Origin: an uncultured Spirochaetota bacterium
GTDB taxonomy: Bacteria; Spirochaetota; Brevinematia; Brevinematales; JAOACQ01
Length of the DNA stretch: 64,000 bases
Direction: 5' to 3'
NCBI GenBank assembly: GCA_963835575.1
Contig: CAWIGG010000005.1
Location: 288,001-352,000 of the forward strand
Made by a program: the position numbers and the translations under genes. Below the pieces are notes generated by a model, which was not told the origin of the DNA, did no database searches, and was given only the letters and a program-made list of their open reading frames with translations. Within the stretch, counting starts at the first letter, position 1. Each line of letters starts with the position of its first letter. Below are positions 19,210-29,599 of this stretch, one piece after another.

Positions 19210-22200
19210 ATGCTGAAATTTTTGACAGTACTCCTGTTTATGCCGGCGCTTTTGTTTTCCGCCCTGTACGAGAATAGATACTTTCAGGACCGGGAGATAT
19301 GCCTGAACCTGAAATATATCGGATCGAAAAAAACGGCGGAAAACTGGTATCACGCTTTTTACGGGCAGGTAAACGGAGATAACGAATACAAGTACTATCT
19401 CTATATTTTCCGCAATACGGATGCCGAGCCGGTAAAATTCCAGTTGGCCAAGCTGAATTTTATCGAAGAAATCCAGGCGGAAAACTTCGATTTTGCCGTT
19501 TATAATGAAAAAGAAGTCGGTTTCTGCTATAAAACGACAAAAAACAATCTCTATTTTTATACGGAGCTCCGGTTCGGGGATAAAATCAACCAGGATCTTT
19601 TCAAAGAGTACAAAAACAGCAAAGATTCTTTTCTCTATTATTCGCAAAAAGACAATGCCGTCATCAAGACACCGCAGCTTCCGTCCGGCGAGGGTTCTAA
19701 TCCCGGCATATCGTCCAATATCTGCACTGCTTTTAAATACGACTATGACAACAAGGGGCAATTTGTCGTCAAAATAGCCGCAAAAGACAGATATCATATC
19801 ACTTTTATCAAACCGCCGTACCCGTTCTCGTCTTTCGAAGACGGCGGTTCCGTATTTGACGCGTCGGAAAAGAAGCTGCCCGTTTTCGAGAGCATTGAAA
19901 ACGGCCTGACGTACCGGATCGAAGATTATAATTTCCAGAGGATCGGTAATGTCATATCCCGGGAATTTCACAATACGGCGGCCGCCCTTTTCAGTCAGAA
20001 GGAAAATAGGGAACAGGTCCTGACCCGGTTTTTAGATCCAGGCGCGGCATTGGCCTCCATCCCCGATATCAAAGAGACGGTGAAGCGCAATCTGAATTAT
20101 TATTACAATGATTCCAGCGACCTGTTCGTCCCTTACGGAGTTGATCTTTCCCGGTTTGACGCCGGCGATTTTATCGTACATCCTTTCGAAGAGGCGTACC
20201 GCTCCCGGTTCCGTATGCAAAACAATAATAAAGAATTCGATTATTTTCTGGAATTCCAGAAAAATTATAACAACTCCGGCCCGGTTTTCAAATCCGGAAA
20301 AAACGCCGATTACCTGGATTTTTACGCGTACCTGCGGAATTTTTCTTATTCCAGCACGGCTTACTGCACAAACATTAAAACGGTGCAAACCGGTTTCCTC
20401 AGCCACGCGGACGCTGTCATTGAAGACAGTTTCACGAAATTCCATACCCTCCTGTCCGGTTTCGAGAGCGGCCTCGCGGGCCTTGAAAATCTGGAAATCC
20501 GCTGCCGGAATAATTTTTATGACGGCCTTGAGGACGACAGGAATATGGCTTCTTTTTACGACGCCTTGAGAGATAAGATCCCTCAGGTCCTGGCGAATTA
20601 TCAAAATTACCTGAACGGGGTCGAAAACTCCGGCGTTGCCGTTCCGGAAAACATGATAGGGAAGACCAATGCCATAACAGATGATTTCACACAATATTCA
20701 CTCCGGTTACTGTCAGATTATTACGACGGTATCCGGGATAAACTGGCCTCTGAATATTCGTCCCCGGACGAAGGCAGTTTCGATCTCTTGTCGAAAGGGC
20801 CGGAAAATAAAAAGTCCCGGGAACAATACCGGGCCATCGTTTCCAATTCCTACGCTTATATGTCAAAGCATTCTCTATTGAAGGATTCCGCGACCAATTC
20901 CGCCGAAAACGGGGCTTTATTGGATTATCTTGATAACGATAAGGACATCAATGAGTTCTGCCTGAGTAACCAGTTTTATTCCATTGACAGGGAAGAGTTC
21001 ATCAAAGGGCTGGTCCGGAGAAACGTACTGAAAAAAAAATCCGGGGATGCGCCTTTTACGGTCACTTTGAAAATCCGGAATCCGGTCCAATTTTATACCA
21101 ATTATTTTGCTGTCAGCCCTGCCGTTACTGCCCGGGATCTGAGCGCCGAAAAGCCTCAAGCCGCGGCCGATATCCGTTCGTTATTCCCGGATTTTGTCGA
21201 TTATATCAAAAAAGTTTCTCTTTTCTACAATGAAATATCTAAAAACCTGAACCTGAAAAACAAAAATAACAGGACCAACGAAAATAAAATCATCCTGGAA
21301 TTTAAAAGCGGCCTGAAAAGCTATTTTGACATAAAAAACTACTTTCATGAGTATCTTTCAGGGCTCAAAGCAGGCTATACGGACGCCCTCAGGGATTTTT
21401 CAAAAATCAGCGCGGGCAGGAATTATTTCCGGAACGAAATCGGCTTATTGTCCGGCGGCTATAAAGAGTTCAACGCCGGGACCAGGACATTTTTTTACGG
21501 CGGCGATTATCAAATGTTCTTGAATAAGCTCGCCCATGACGCCCTTTTCGAGAGCATTTTCAGCAAATCCGCCGTAAACCTGCGCGGACAAAAAGATTTT
21601 ACCGATTTTGAAACCGGGTATAAAAAAGTATACTCTCAGATGGTCCTTGATTTTAATGATCTGATGAAACAATATAAGTCAATCAGGGGCCGGCTCCCTG
21701 ATTTCAACAGGTATGACATCTGTTTCAGAATAGAAGCAACGGAAGACTGGCCTCAATTATTAACCCGGGATAAGAAAAAAACCATAAAAGAATCCATTGA
21801 AGACAGAATTATCGACATTCTGACCGATACGGACTTCTTAAACGGCTTCCTCGACAGGGACAGCCTCAAGAAAGCTGTCAGGTCGGGACTGACAGGACAG
21901 GGTTCCGGCATCGATCTGTCGGGAATGATGATTTCGGAAGCCGGTCTGAACAGCATCAGCATCAGGATCGGGGACCTGGGATATCATATCAAGGGAAACA
22001 GCCTGGTCTATGAGTTAAAAAGGGTCCGGGCCATAGAAAACAATCTCTGGATGGTTTTTTCAACCGCCACAAAAATCCCGGAATCATTTGTGGATAAAAT
22101 CGATCTGACGAAAACGGACATGCTGAATATTCCGGATTCTTTTAATAAAATGCTGTCGGAAAACAAGCTCGTCCGCGGGGATTATTATGACGATGTCGTC

Positions 22201-22578
22201 ATGCTCTACCCCGGCCGCGTTCTTCTCTACAAGCATGGATCGACCGATAACAGCACAAAATACGATAATAATCTGAAAAGGCTGGCGGTCCTGGACTACA
22301 GCAGCGGAAAATTCATCATCAGGAACGATGAGCCGGCGCAGTTGAATAAGCTGAACGATCTCTTTAACGAAAAAATAGACGCTATTTATTCCTATTACGA
22401 TGAAAAAAAGAAGGAAACGGAATTGATCGTGAATATGAGAAACAATATTTTGTTCCTGAGGTATAATAAAAACGGGTTCGTCCGTTCCAGTCGGGAAGAA
22501 AGCCTGTTAAAAAACAGTTTTATCTTCACGGAAGGGCTGAATAAGTATGTCTTTAAATACAGATTGACGGGATATTAA
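19210..22578 (+). CDS. 1122-aa exported hypothetical protein
   Basis: Signal peptide MLKFLTVLLFMPALLFSA; long ORF in operon. Confidence 0.8.
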   Translation: MLKFLTVLLFMPALLFSALYENRYFQDREICLNLKYIGSKKTAENWYHAFYGQVNGDNEYKYYLYIFRNTDAEPVKFQLAKLNFIEEIQAENFDFAVYNEKEVGFCYKTTKNNLYFYTELRFGDKINQDLFKEYKNSKDSFLYYSQKDNAVIKTPQLPSGEGSNPGISSNICTAFKYDYDNKGQFVVKIAAKDRYHITFIKPPYPFSSFEDGGSVFDASEKKLPVFESIENGLTYRIEDYNFQRIGNVISREFHNTAAALFSQKENREQVLTRFLDPGAALASIPDIKETVKRNLNYYYNDSSDLFVPYGVDLSRFDAGDFIVHPFEEAYRSRFRMQNNNKEFDYFLEFQKNYNNSGPVFKSGKNADYLDFYAYLRNFSYSSTAYCTNIKTVQTGFLSHADAVIEDSFTKFHTLLSGFESGLAGLENLEIRCRNNFYDGLEDDRNMASFYDALRDKIPQVLANYQNYLNGVENSGVAVPENMIGKTNAITDDFTQYSLRLLSDYYDGIRDKLASEYSSPDEGSFDLLSKGPENKKSREQYRAIVSNSYAYMSKHSLLKDSATNSAENGALLDYLDNDKDINEFCLSNQFYSIDREEFIKGLVRRNVLKKKSGDAPFTVTLKIRNPVQFYTNYFAVSPAVTARDLSAEKPQAAADIRSLFPDFVDYIKKVSLFYNEISKNLNLKNKNNRTNENKIILEFKSGLKSYFDIKNYFHEYLSGLKAGYTDALRDFSKISAGRNYFRNEIGLLSGGYKEFNAGTRTFFYGGDYQMFLNKLAHDALFESIFSKSAVNLRGQKDFTDFETGYKKVYSQMVLDFNDLMKQYKSIRGRLPDFNRYDICFRIEATEDWPQLLTRDKKKTIKESIEDRIIDILTDTDFLNGFLDRDSLKKAVRSGLTGQGSGIDLSGMMISEAGLNSISIRIGDLGYHIKGNSLVYELKRVRAIENNLWMVFSTATKIPESFVDKIDLTKTDMLNIPDSFNKMLSENKLVRGDYYDDVVMLYPGRVLLYKHGSTDNSTKYDNNLKRLAVLDYSSGKFIIRNDEPAQLNKLNDLFNEKIDAIYSYYDEKKKETELIVNMRNNILFLRYNKNGFVRSSREESLLKNSFIFTEGLNKYVFKYRLTGY

Positions 22579-22594
22579 AAAAAGGGAGGAATTT

Positions 22595-24457
22595 ATGATA
22601 ATCAGAAGATTTTGTCTCATATTAACGCTTGCGCTCATATTCGGCGCGCAGGTTTTCGGAAGTACTTTCAGGTTTAATATCGACAATAATTCCCCCAGGC
22701 TGGAACCGGTCACCGGCCTGAAAGGGGACGATCAGGACAGGGATTTGTTCATGTTCCATATTCTGCTCTATTCTCCCCTGTTTGCCCAGCTGCAGGACCC
22801 GACATACAACCAGCTCTATAATGTGGACGCGAAATACGGCCTCGCCAAATCGAATTCGATAGAGGCGGTCCTGGAAAAAGGGTCCAAGATCATCGACATC
22901 AACAATACCAAGGCCCAGAGCATCAAAAGCGATACTTTTATCATTGATTTGAAAGAGGGCGTCAAATGGCATGACGGCCGCGATTTTAACGCCGACGATG
23001 TGGTATTCACCTACCGGGTGGTCAAAGGCACCCTTCACAAGCCCAGCGCCATCGACGAGATCAACACTTACCTGAAGTTCAAGACCCTGAACGTGGAAAA
23101 CATCGAAAAGGTAAGCGATTATCAGATCAAGGTCACGACAAAGGAAAAGCTGTCCGTGTACGATCTGGCCAGAATGCTTTCGTTCATGTACATCATTCCC
23201 TGGCATATGTTCATCGACGATCCGAAGTCCATGAGGGAAAGCTACGATTTCAACGATGAAAACGACCAGGCCATTTACAACAGAAAGAGGAATTTTGAAA
23301 ACCGGCCGGTCGGGACCGGGCCTTTTGTTTACATAGAAAAAAAACTGCCGGACGGCTATACCGTCGTCCATTACCTGGAGCTCAACCAGGATTACTCGAA
23401 GATATCGCCCGGGCTGACCAATTACTCCGGACAGATTTCCAAACTGGAAATCAACCAGCTGGCCCAGGACCCGCTCATTAAAATTAACCTGCTCATGACC
23501 GGCAAACTCGACGTGGCTTTCAACATCATACCGAACAGCAAGCTGGTGGAAACGCTCAACGACCCCAATTCGAAGGTTTACAATAAAATATCCTATATGA
23601 AAATGCCGTTCCCGGAGAAGATGTACGCGCTGATTTACAATCTCAGCCTCAAAGACAGCAGCGGCGGAACGAAATACAATAAGGATACCCGCCAGTTTTT
23701 CAGAAACGCCCTCGACTTCAATGATTTTAAAAGCCAGATTTTCACCACGAAGCAGGGACCGATCGACGTGCTTTTCAAGCCCATTTTCTCCCCCTATCTG
23801 GTCAATAAATTCAACACATCCTCGGGAGAAAAGGACATCAGCCAGATCCTGCTTCCGTTTGACAAGGAAAAATACAAAGGAAAAGTGAATGAGGCCATGT
23901 TTGAGTCCAAATTAAAGGCCGATTTCAACAAAATCATTAAAAAGCGCCTGAACAACGTGCGGATCACGGTGCAGGGCATCGACTCGAAGGAGAACAACCT
24001 GGATTTCCAGCTGGCCAACATCTATCAGGAGCATTTGAATTCCATCGGCCTTGGAAATATCTCCATCGTCAATATTCCCGATACCAGGGAATTCCGGCAG
24101 GATCTCATCGAAAAGAAGTTTGATATGGCCATTTATTCCTGGCGTTATTCGCTCAATATCTACAGGGACTTTTATTACACCAGGAACAAATCCGTCCTTC
24201 CGACGACATTGTCCAATTTGAGCCATATCAACAAGAATATCGTCGATGTGATTTCCTCTTTCGATAAAATCGACGCCGATACCGCTTTGTGGAACATTAC
24301 GTACAATTTTTACAACGAGGAAGTCTGGGGATGGTTCTTCTGCATCGGCGTCAACACCTATTACAGGAAAGACGTCATGGAGAATTTCAATATTCAGACC
24401 GAGTTCAACCAGAACCCGGCCATCTGGCTGAGGCAGGAAGTCACTTCCGGCGATTAA
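22595..24457 (+). CDS. ABC substrate-binding protein, family 5 (OppA/DppA-like), divergent
   Basis: IDLKEGVKWHDGRDFNADDVVFTY, PVGTGPF, LMTGKLDV; signal peptide. Confidence 0.9.
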   Translation: MIIRRFCLILTLALIFGAQVFGSTFRFNIDNNSPRLEPVTGLKGDDQDRDLFMFHILLYSPLFAQLQDPTYNQLYNVDAKYGLAKSNSIEAVLEKGSKIIDINNTKAQSIKSDTFIIDLKEGVKWHDGRDFNADDVVFTYRVVKGTLHKPSAIDEINTYLKFKTLNVENIEKVSDYQIKVTTKEKLSVYDLARMLSFMYIIPWHMFIDDPKSMRESYDFNDENDQAIYNRKRNFENRPVGTGPFVYIEKKLPDGYTVVHYLELNQDYSKISPGLTNYSGQISKLEINQLAQDPLIKINLLMTGKLDVAFNIIPNSKLVETLNDPNSKVYNKISYMKMPFPEKMYALIYNLSLKDSSGGTKYNKDTRQFFRNALDFNDFKSQIFTTKQGPIDVLFKPIFSPYLVNKFNTSSGEKDISQILLPFDKEKYKGKVNEAMFESKLKADFNKIIKKRLNNVRITVQGIDSKENNLDFQLANIYQEHLNSIGLGNISIVNIPDTREFRQDLIEKKFDMAIYSWRYSLNIYRDFYYTRNKSVLPTTLSNLSHINKNIVDVISSFDKIDADTALWNITYNFYNEEVWGWFFCIGVNTYYRKDVMENFNIQTEFNQNPAIWLRQEVTSGD

Positions 24458-24496
24458 CGCCCTGCCCCAAAACGGAATGAAAAAACGATTGACCTT

Positions 24497-24527
24497 CGCC
24501 CCCTTCTCCTCGGACGGGGAAGGGGGG
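24497..24527. repeat. GC-rich REP-like hairpin inside the operon
   Basis: CCCCCTTCTCC..GGGGAAGGGGG. Confidence 0.45.
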
Positions 24528-24562
24528 TTAGAAGGATAAGACAAAAAATATTTGGAGAACAT

Positions 24563-25489
24563 ATGGCAATTCGGGAAGAAAGCAATAAATCCGTCATATT
24601 CCGGTGGCTCTTTTTATATTCAGTATTCTATTTTTTCTGTCTCGCCTTTTTTACCTTCCTGTTCTATTTGTTCGCTGACATGTTCAACCACAAAGCGTTT
24701 GTTTTTTCGGCTTTTGTAGGGGATTATTTCAAGTCCTGGGCCATCAGCATCCATGAGATCATAAAATACGACCAGTCCATTCTGACGGCTTTCGTCAATT
24801 CCATACGTTTTTTCTCGGAGAGTTATCTCATCATATTCCTGATATCCCTTCTTCTGCCGCTTTTGAAAATATCCATCAAATATCATTTTATCAGCAATCC
24901 TTTTGTCAAGCTGTTTTTAAAAGGGTTTTACCTGATCGTGATAGTCCTGTCTTTTTTACCCTTTGTCTTTACCGGTTCGCTTATTGTTTTCAACAGCGAT
25001 CTGTCATTTTTGAATATTTTTGTGGTCGTTTTCGGGATCGGCATCCTCAATTCGATCCTGCACCAGATGGAAATAAAATTCGAGGATGATTTCATTAACG
25101 AAGGTTTTGTCGATTATATGGATATCGAGGGGTATTCGTTCCTCACCATCGGCTATATGATCGTCAGGAACAATATATCCTTTCTCATCAACCTGCTCTC
25201 CAAAAACCTGGCCATCCTCATATCCATCAGTATTTTTATTGAAATGACCATCCGCGGAAACGCCGGGCTGGGACCGTCCCTCCTCCGGAATATAGAGATT
25301 TTATTCAACAGGCCGTCGGAATTTTATATGGCTCTGGGCAATATTTTTATATTGTTTTTATGCATCCTGGTCATCTCTTATATTATGCAGATACTTTCCT
25401 TCATCATCTGCTTCAATTTTGACAATAAGTACGCGAAAACCATCAAGAACAGCCTGGAAAGCATTAAAATAAAAAAGGGAATTTCATGA
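24563..25489 (+). CDS. ABC permease (OppB/DppB-like), divergent
   Basis: Multiple TMs; degenerate EAA loop FVDYMDIEGYS; SIFIEM..AGLG. Confidence 0.7.
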   Translation: MAIREESNKSVIFRWLFLYSVFYFFCLAFFTFLFYLFADMFNHKAFVFSAFVGDYFKSWAISIHEIIKYDQSILTAFVNSIRFFSESYLIIFLISLLLPLLKISIKYHFISNPFVKLFLKGFYLIVIVLSFLPFVFTGSLIVFNSDLSFLNIFVVVFGIGILNSILHQMEIKFEDDFINEGFVDYMDIEGYSFLTIGYMIVRNNISFLINLLSKNLAILISISIFIEMTIRGNAGLGPSLLRNIEILFNRPSEFYMALGNIFILFLCILVISYIMQILSFIICFNFDNKYAKTIKNSLESIKIKKGIS

Positions 25490-26625
25490 AAAACATCAAA
25501 ACCGTCCTGCATATCCTGACGCTCGTCTTCCTGTATCTTGTGCTGATCGTCATTCCGCTGGGGGATAATATAACCGGGTATAATGATCTGAAGAGGGAAG
25601 CCCTGTTATTCCGGAAGGACATGGATGATCTCAGCAAAAAGGGGATCTTGACGGTCGAGAACCAGGGCCTCTTCAGCGTCTATCACACGAAAATGACCGT
25701 TCATCTCACCTGCGGCGCCACCAATAACGGAAGCCGGTCACAGTGCCGGAAATGCGGGCTCCCCATCAACAGCCCTTATGAAACATCCGCAGACGAAGCG
25801 AAAATAGACTATAGTTTCAAGGAGCTCAACCTGGGCGTCATCAATAACCGGGACGGCGTCCGCACCGTGTATTCGGAATTGATTTATTCCATCCCGACCC
25901 TGCTAATTTACATATTCAGCGTTTTGATCATCTCGCTTTTAACCATGGCGATCACTTCCATTTATACCATCAATAAAATCGTCACCAAGAAATACAAGAA
26001 GGACAAATCGTCCCCCGGTTATTTCCTGATCAGGCTGGTCAATATCGTTTTCAGGGCCGGTTATGAAATGCTGATCGTGGTGCCTTCCATTCTGACCATT
26101 CTGCTGATCGTGGTCGGCATAAAAGGCTCTTCCATGCAGGACGATTATACCGTCTATTTTCTCTCCTTCGGCATCGCGTTCATCGTCAACTCGGAATTTT
26201 ATTTCTGGCTGAAGCAGAGAATGGAAAATTCCATCCACAAGGAAGACGTGAATTTCCTCCAGGTGATCGGCTATTCCAAATTCCAGATCGCAAAATATAT
26301 CCTGGGAAGATACTGCCTGCTCGGGATCATTTCCAGGGTCTCGTACGCCGTCATCACCGCCTTTATCCTGGAAAGCGGATTATGGTACCTGCGGGAAACC
26401 GGGAACCTCAACAGCCTTTCCCTCTACCCGCATTCCATCGGCAAACTGCTGACGCAGATCATACGGTACATCGGACTGCAGTCCGGAACGGGCTTTATCA
26501 TCACCAAAGAGCTGATTTTCATCATCCTCTATTATTTCCTTCTATTCCTGGCGCTCTTTTTGACAGGCCTCTTGATGATCAATCAGATTAAAAAAAAGAG
26601 GGGATTGTATGAATCTCAATATTGA
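25486..26625 (+). CDS. ABC permease (OppC/DppC-like) with Zn-ribbon-like loop
   Basis: LGVINNRDG..ELIYS, DVNFLQVIGYS, FILESGLWYL..SIGKLL; HLTCGATNNGSRSQCRKCG. Confidence 0.7.
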   Translation: MKNIKTVLHILTLVFLYLVLIVIPLGDNITGYNDLKREALLFRKDMDDLSKKGILTVENQGLFSVYHTKMTVHLTCGATNNGSRSQCRKCGLPINSPYETSADEAKIDYSFKELNLGVINNRDGVRTVYSELIYSIPTLLIYIFSVLIISLLTMAITSIYTINKIVTKKYKKDKSSPGYFLIRLVNIVFRAGYEMLIVVPSILTILLIVVGIKGSSMQDDYTVYFLSFGIAFIVNSEFYFWLKQRMENSIHKEDVNFLQVIGYSKFQIAKYILGRYCLLGIISRVSYAVITAFILESGLWYLRETGNLNSLSLYPHSIGKLLTQIIRYIGLQSGTGFIITKELIFIILYYFLLFLALFLTGLLMINQIKKKRGLYESQY

Positions 26626-28432
26626 AAACCTGCAGGTATACACCGGCAATAAACCGGCGGAACCCATACTGCAGATCGACAATCTGACGCTCCATGACGG
26701 CGAGATTATTTTCCTGACCGGCGTCAGCGGCGCGGGAAAAACCACTCTGCTGAAAAGCATCCTGAAGAATAACGATAGAAAGCTGTTCCAGACGGGGAAT
26801 ATCACCCTTTCCGGCGGAAATAATACCGTCAGCATCCTGAACGGCGGTATTTCCCGGCTATTCGTCAATCCCGGCGGGACGCCGGCAAAGCATGACAGGG
26901 AACAGGCGCGGCATTTAAAACACTTAAGGGAAATCCGTAAAGAATATTTCTCCTATATTCCCCAGAATTTCTATATTTTTCACAAGCTGGTCCCGCTCTA
27001 CAAACAGCTGATCAGCGAGCCGCTCAAAGGGAACGGGTTTGCGGAAACCATAAAGGAAACACTCAGGCTCATCAAACCCGGCATCAGGAAAGAAGAAATG
27101 GACGAACTTCTGAATAAAACCATGAGAGAGGCCGGCCTGGATTTTCTCTCGAAAAACCACAGGTTCTATGACGATCAAATCCTGAAGGGAAAATTTCAGG
27201 ATGAGTTCTCCGTCGGTCAGGTCCAGAGGTTTTTCCTTTCCAAAATAATGAAAAAAAAGAAAACCATCATTCTGGTGGATGAATTTATCAGGAATATCGA
27301 TCCGGAAACCGCCGATAAAATTCTCCAGACCCTGTTCGGCAAAATCAAGACCGGGGAATTCTCCGCCGGCCTCATTGTCGCGCATGATTTGAACTACAGC
27401 AGCATCCTGGAGCTGGCCGAAACGAAAGAAGTCTCCTCAAAAGTGGTTATTATCGAAAAAGAGAATAATACGGGAAGGATCGCGGACCAGGTTTCTTTAA
27501 AAGATTTCCGGGACAGCCGGCTTTCGTCCGGTCCGGAGCGGTTTAAGGCCGTGACCCGTAAATTCAGCCGGATCCATTTCGAAGACCCCAGAATCGATAT
27601 TGAAACCCGGCCGGACCTGGATTTGAAAAAACAGAACAACCAAAAAGTGCTGGAATTTAACCGGGTCAGCTTTCAGTATGATAATCAAATCTTTTTTGAA
27701 AACCTGGATTTTAATCTGCTGAACAACGAATTTGTCTACCTGGAAGGGACGTCCGGCAGCGGAAAATCCACGTTCCTGAAACTTTTGATCGGCGGGGAGA
27801 TCATCAAGAGCGGGGAAATAAACTATTACGGGCATGACCGGAAAAAGATCACCTACAGTTCAAACAGCGGCTATGTTCATAACCGGGTGATCAGTTCCAT
27901 TATCCGGTATGTGCCGCAGCTGGTCAACGAGTCCCTGGGAACATACAGGATGAATGTTGAAAATTATCTGAAGGAAATTTATACTTATTATAGAAACAGC
28001 ATCTACGGGCATGGGAAATACCCCGAGCTGGACAATATCGGCGATTTTATCATCAAGAACCTGGAATATGTGAAGCTGGGCGGGGAATTCCTGAAAAAAA
28101 ACATAATCGATCTGAGCGGCGGGGAAAAACAGCGCCTGGCCATTGCCCGTCTTTTATATTATCCGGAAAAGCTGCCTCCCAGGCTCTTTATTTTTGACGA
28201 GGCGCTGACATCGCTGGACATTAATTTAAAAAAAGAGCTGCTGGAGTTCATCATCGAGAAAATCTATTTTGAAAAGAAAGTGAGCATTTTGATGATTTCC
28301 CACGAGAAAAAACTGAGGGGCGTCATTGAAAAAACCATTGAGGAAAGAAACGGGGTTTTCCGGTCTTACAGGATTGAAACCGGCCGGAACGGTCAGCGCT
28401 CCATGGCCGGCAAAGCGGACAGTAAATTTTAA
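26609..28432 (+). CDS. ABC ATPase with two fused NBDs
   Basis: GVSGAGKT/FSVGQ/ILVDE/AHD and GTSGSGKS/LSGGEKQR/FIFDE/SHE. Confidence 0.9.
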   Translation: MNLNIENLQVYTGNKPAEPILQIDNLTLHDGEIIFLTGVSGAGKTTLLKSILKNNDRKLFQTGNITLSGGNNTVSILNGGISRLFVNPGGTPAKHDREQARHLKHLREIRKEYFSYIPQNFYIFHKLVPLYKQLISEPLKGNGFAETIKETLRLIKPGIRKEEMDELLNKTMREAGLDFLSKNHRFYDDQILKGKFQDEFSVGQVQRFFLSKIMKKKKTIILVDEFIRNIDPETADKILQTLFGKIKTGEFSAGLIVAHDLNYSSILELAETKEVSSKVVIIEKENNTGRIADQVSLKDFRDSRLSSGPERFKAVTRKFSRIHFEDPRIDIETRPDLDLKKQNNQKVLEFNRVSFQYDNQIFFENLDFNLLNNEFVYLEGTSGSGKSTFLKLLIGGEIIKSGEINYYGHDRKKITYSSNSGYVHNRVISSIIRYVPQLVNESLGTYRMNVENYLKEIYTYYRNSIYGHGKYPELDNIGDFIIKNLEYVKLGGEFLKKNIIDLSGGEKQRLAIARLLYYPEKLPPRLFIFDEALTSLDINLKKELLEFIIEKIYFEKKVSILMISHEKKLRGVIEKTIEERNGVFRSYRIETGRNGQRSMAGKADSKF

Positions 28433-28450
28433 ATAATAAAGGAGGTCGTT

Positions 28451-29599
28451 ATGCGGCATTATATATTATTAACGGCAATCTCTCTCATCCTGGTCCAGGT
28501 CGCGGCGGGGTATTCGGAAGAAACCCGGTGGACAAACGCGGGCGTCAAGCTCTTGAACAGGGAATCTTATTCGGTAATTCAATTTTCAGAAAATTTCGTT
28601 CCGGTATCGACGAACTCGAACAGCACTTCCTCTTCCGGTTCCAGCGCATCTTCCAAAGGCAAACCGGCAGTGATCAGCGCTTCCGGCGCCGGCTTCAAAT
28701 GCTACCTTCTGCCGGCCGAATCCCTCGATAAATTCAGGGATATGTCCGGATTTGACATCATGGCGCCCTACACCAGGCGGATCATCTCCATTTTCGACAC
28801 GACCATATACAACGAGAAAAAGATGCTCTCTCTCATTGCTTTATCCAATGCGCTTCTTACCACTAATTCGCTGCCGGCTAACGGTTTCTTTTCTCCGGTT
28901 AACTACTATAAATACGTCACTATAGAAACCAACCTGGGCTCTTCAAACCTGATCGTGACGAATTTCAAAAAAATAGGCACAAACGAAGCGGTTCCGGCCA
29001 TCATAACGAACAAGTTCGTTGTCACCAATATCGGCCCCAATTACAGCAAAAGAAAAGTTTATATCACGGTAAAGGATTTCGGGCCGGACTACAAGAAAAG
29101 CTCCAAAACCATGGAAGAAATCAAGACCATCCTGGAAAAAAAATATGCCGACCTGATAGATAACAAGAACTTCTGCTACAAGGTCTTTGAGGATTCCAGG
29201 AAATTGTATAATGAAAAATACTACGAGATCGGAAACGATACGATGCAGTATTTGATCGACAATATACAGGCCGGCGTCAACGACAGTTATAATAAAAATA
29301 ACGACAATCCGTTCAAAAAAAATAACTGCTACTATTACCTGGGATTGAATAATTTCAAATTATACAACAATACCGGCGGCGCGGAAAGCCTGTCCAACGC
29401 TTTTGTGTCCTTTAAAAAAGCCCTGGCCGCCGACGATTTCGACAGCCAGATGGTGAATTTAAAGTACCAGCAGTTTTCGGAAATAATGATGTCTATCATC
29501 ACAAATTCATTTGCCGTGACCGACAATTCTTTTGCGGAAACAGGCTGCGGCATCATACTTTTTGACAGGGAGCATTTCGATAACTATGAAGAATTTTAA
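28451..29599 (+). CDS. Exported protein with Ser-rich linker and TPR-like C-terminus
   Basis: Signal peptide; CYYYLGLNNF..AFVSFKKAL TPR-like helix pair; AGGAGG RBS. Confidence 0.75.
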   Translation: MRHYILLTAISLILVQVAAGYSEETRWTNAGVKLLNRESYSVIQFSENFVPVSTNSNSTSSSGSSASSKGKPAVISASGAGFKCYLLPAESLDKFRDMSGFDIMAPYTRRIISIFDTTIYNEKKMLSLIALSNALLTTNSLPANGFFSPVNYYKYVTIETNLGSSNLIVTNFKKIGTNEAVPAIITNKFVVTNIGPNYSKRKVYITVKDFGPDYKKSSKTMEEIKTILEKKYADLIDNKNFCYKVFEDSRKLYNEKYYEIGNDTMQYLIDNIQAGVNDSYNKNNDNPFKKNNCYYYLGLNNFKLYNNTGGAESLSNAFVSFKKALAADDFDSQMVNLKYQQFSEIMMSIITNSFAVTDNSFAETGCGIILFDREHFDNYEEF

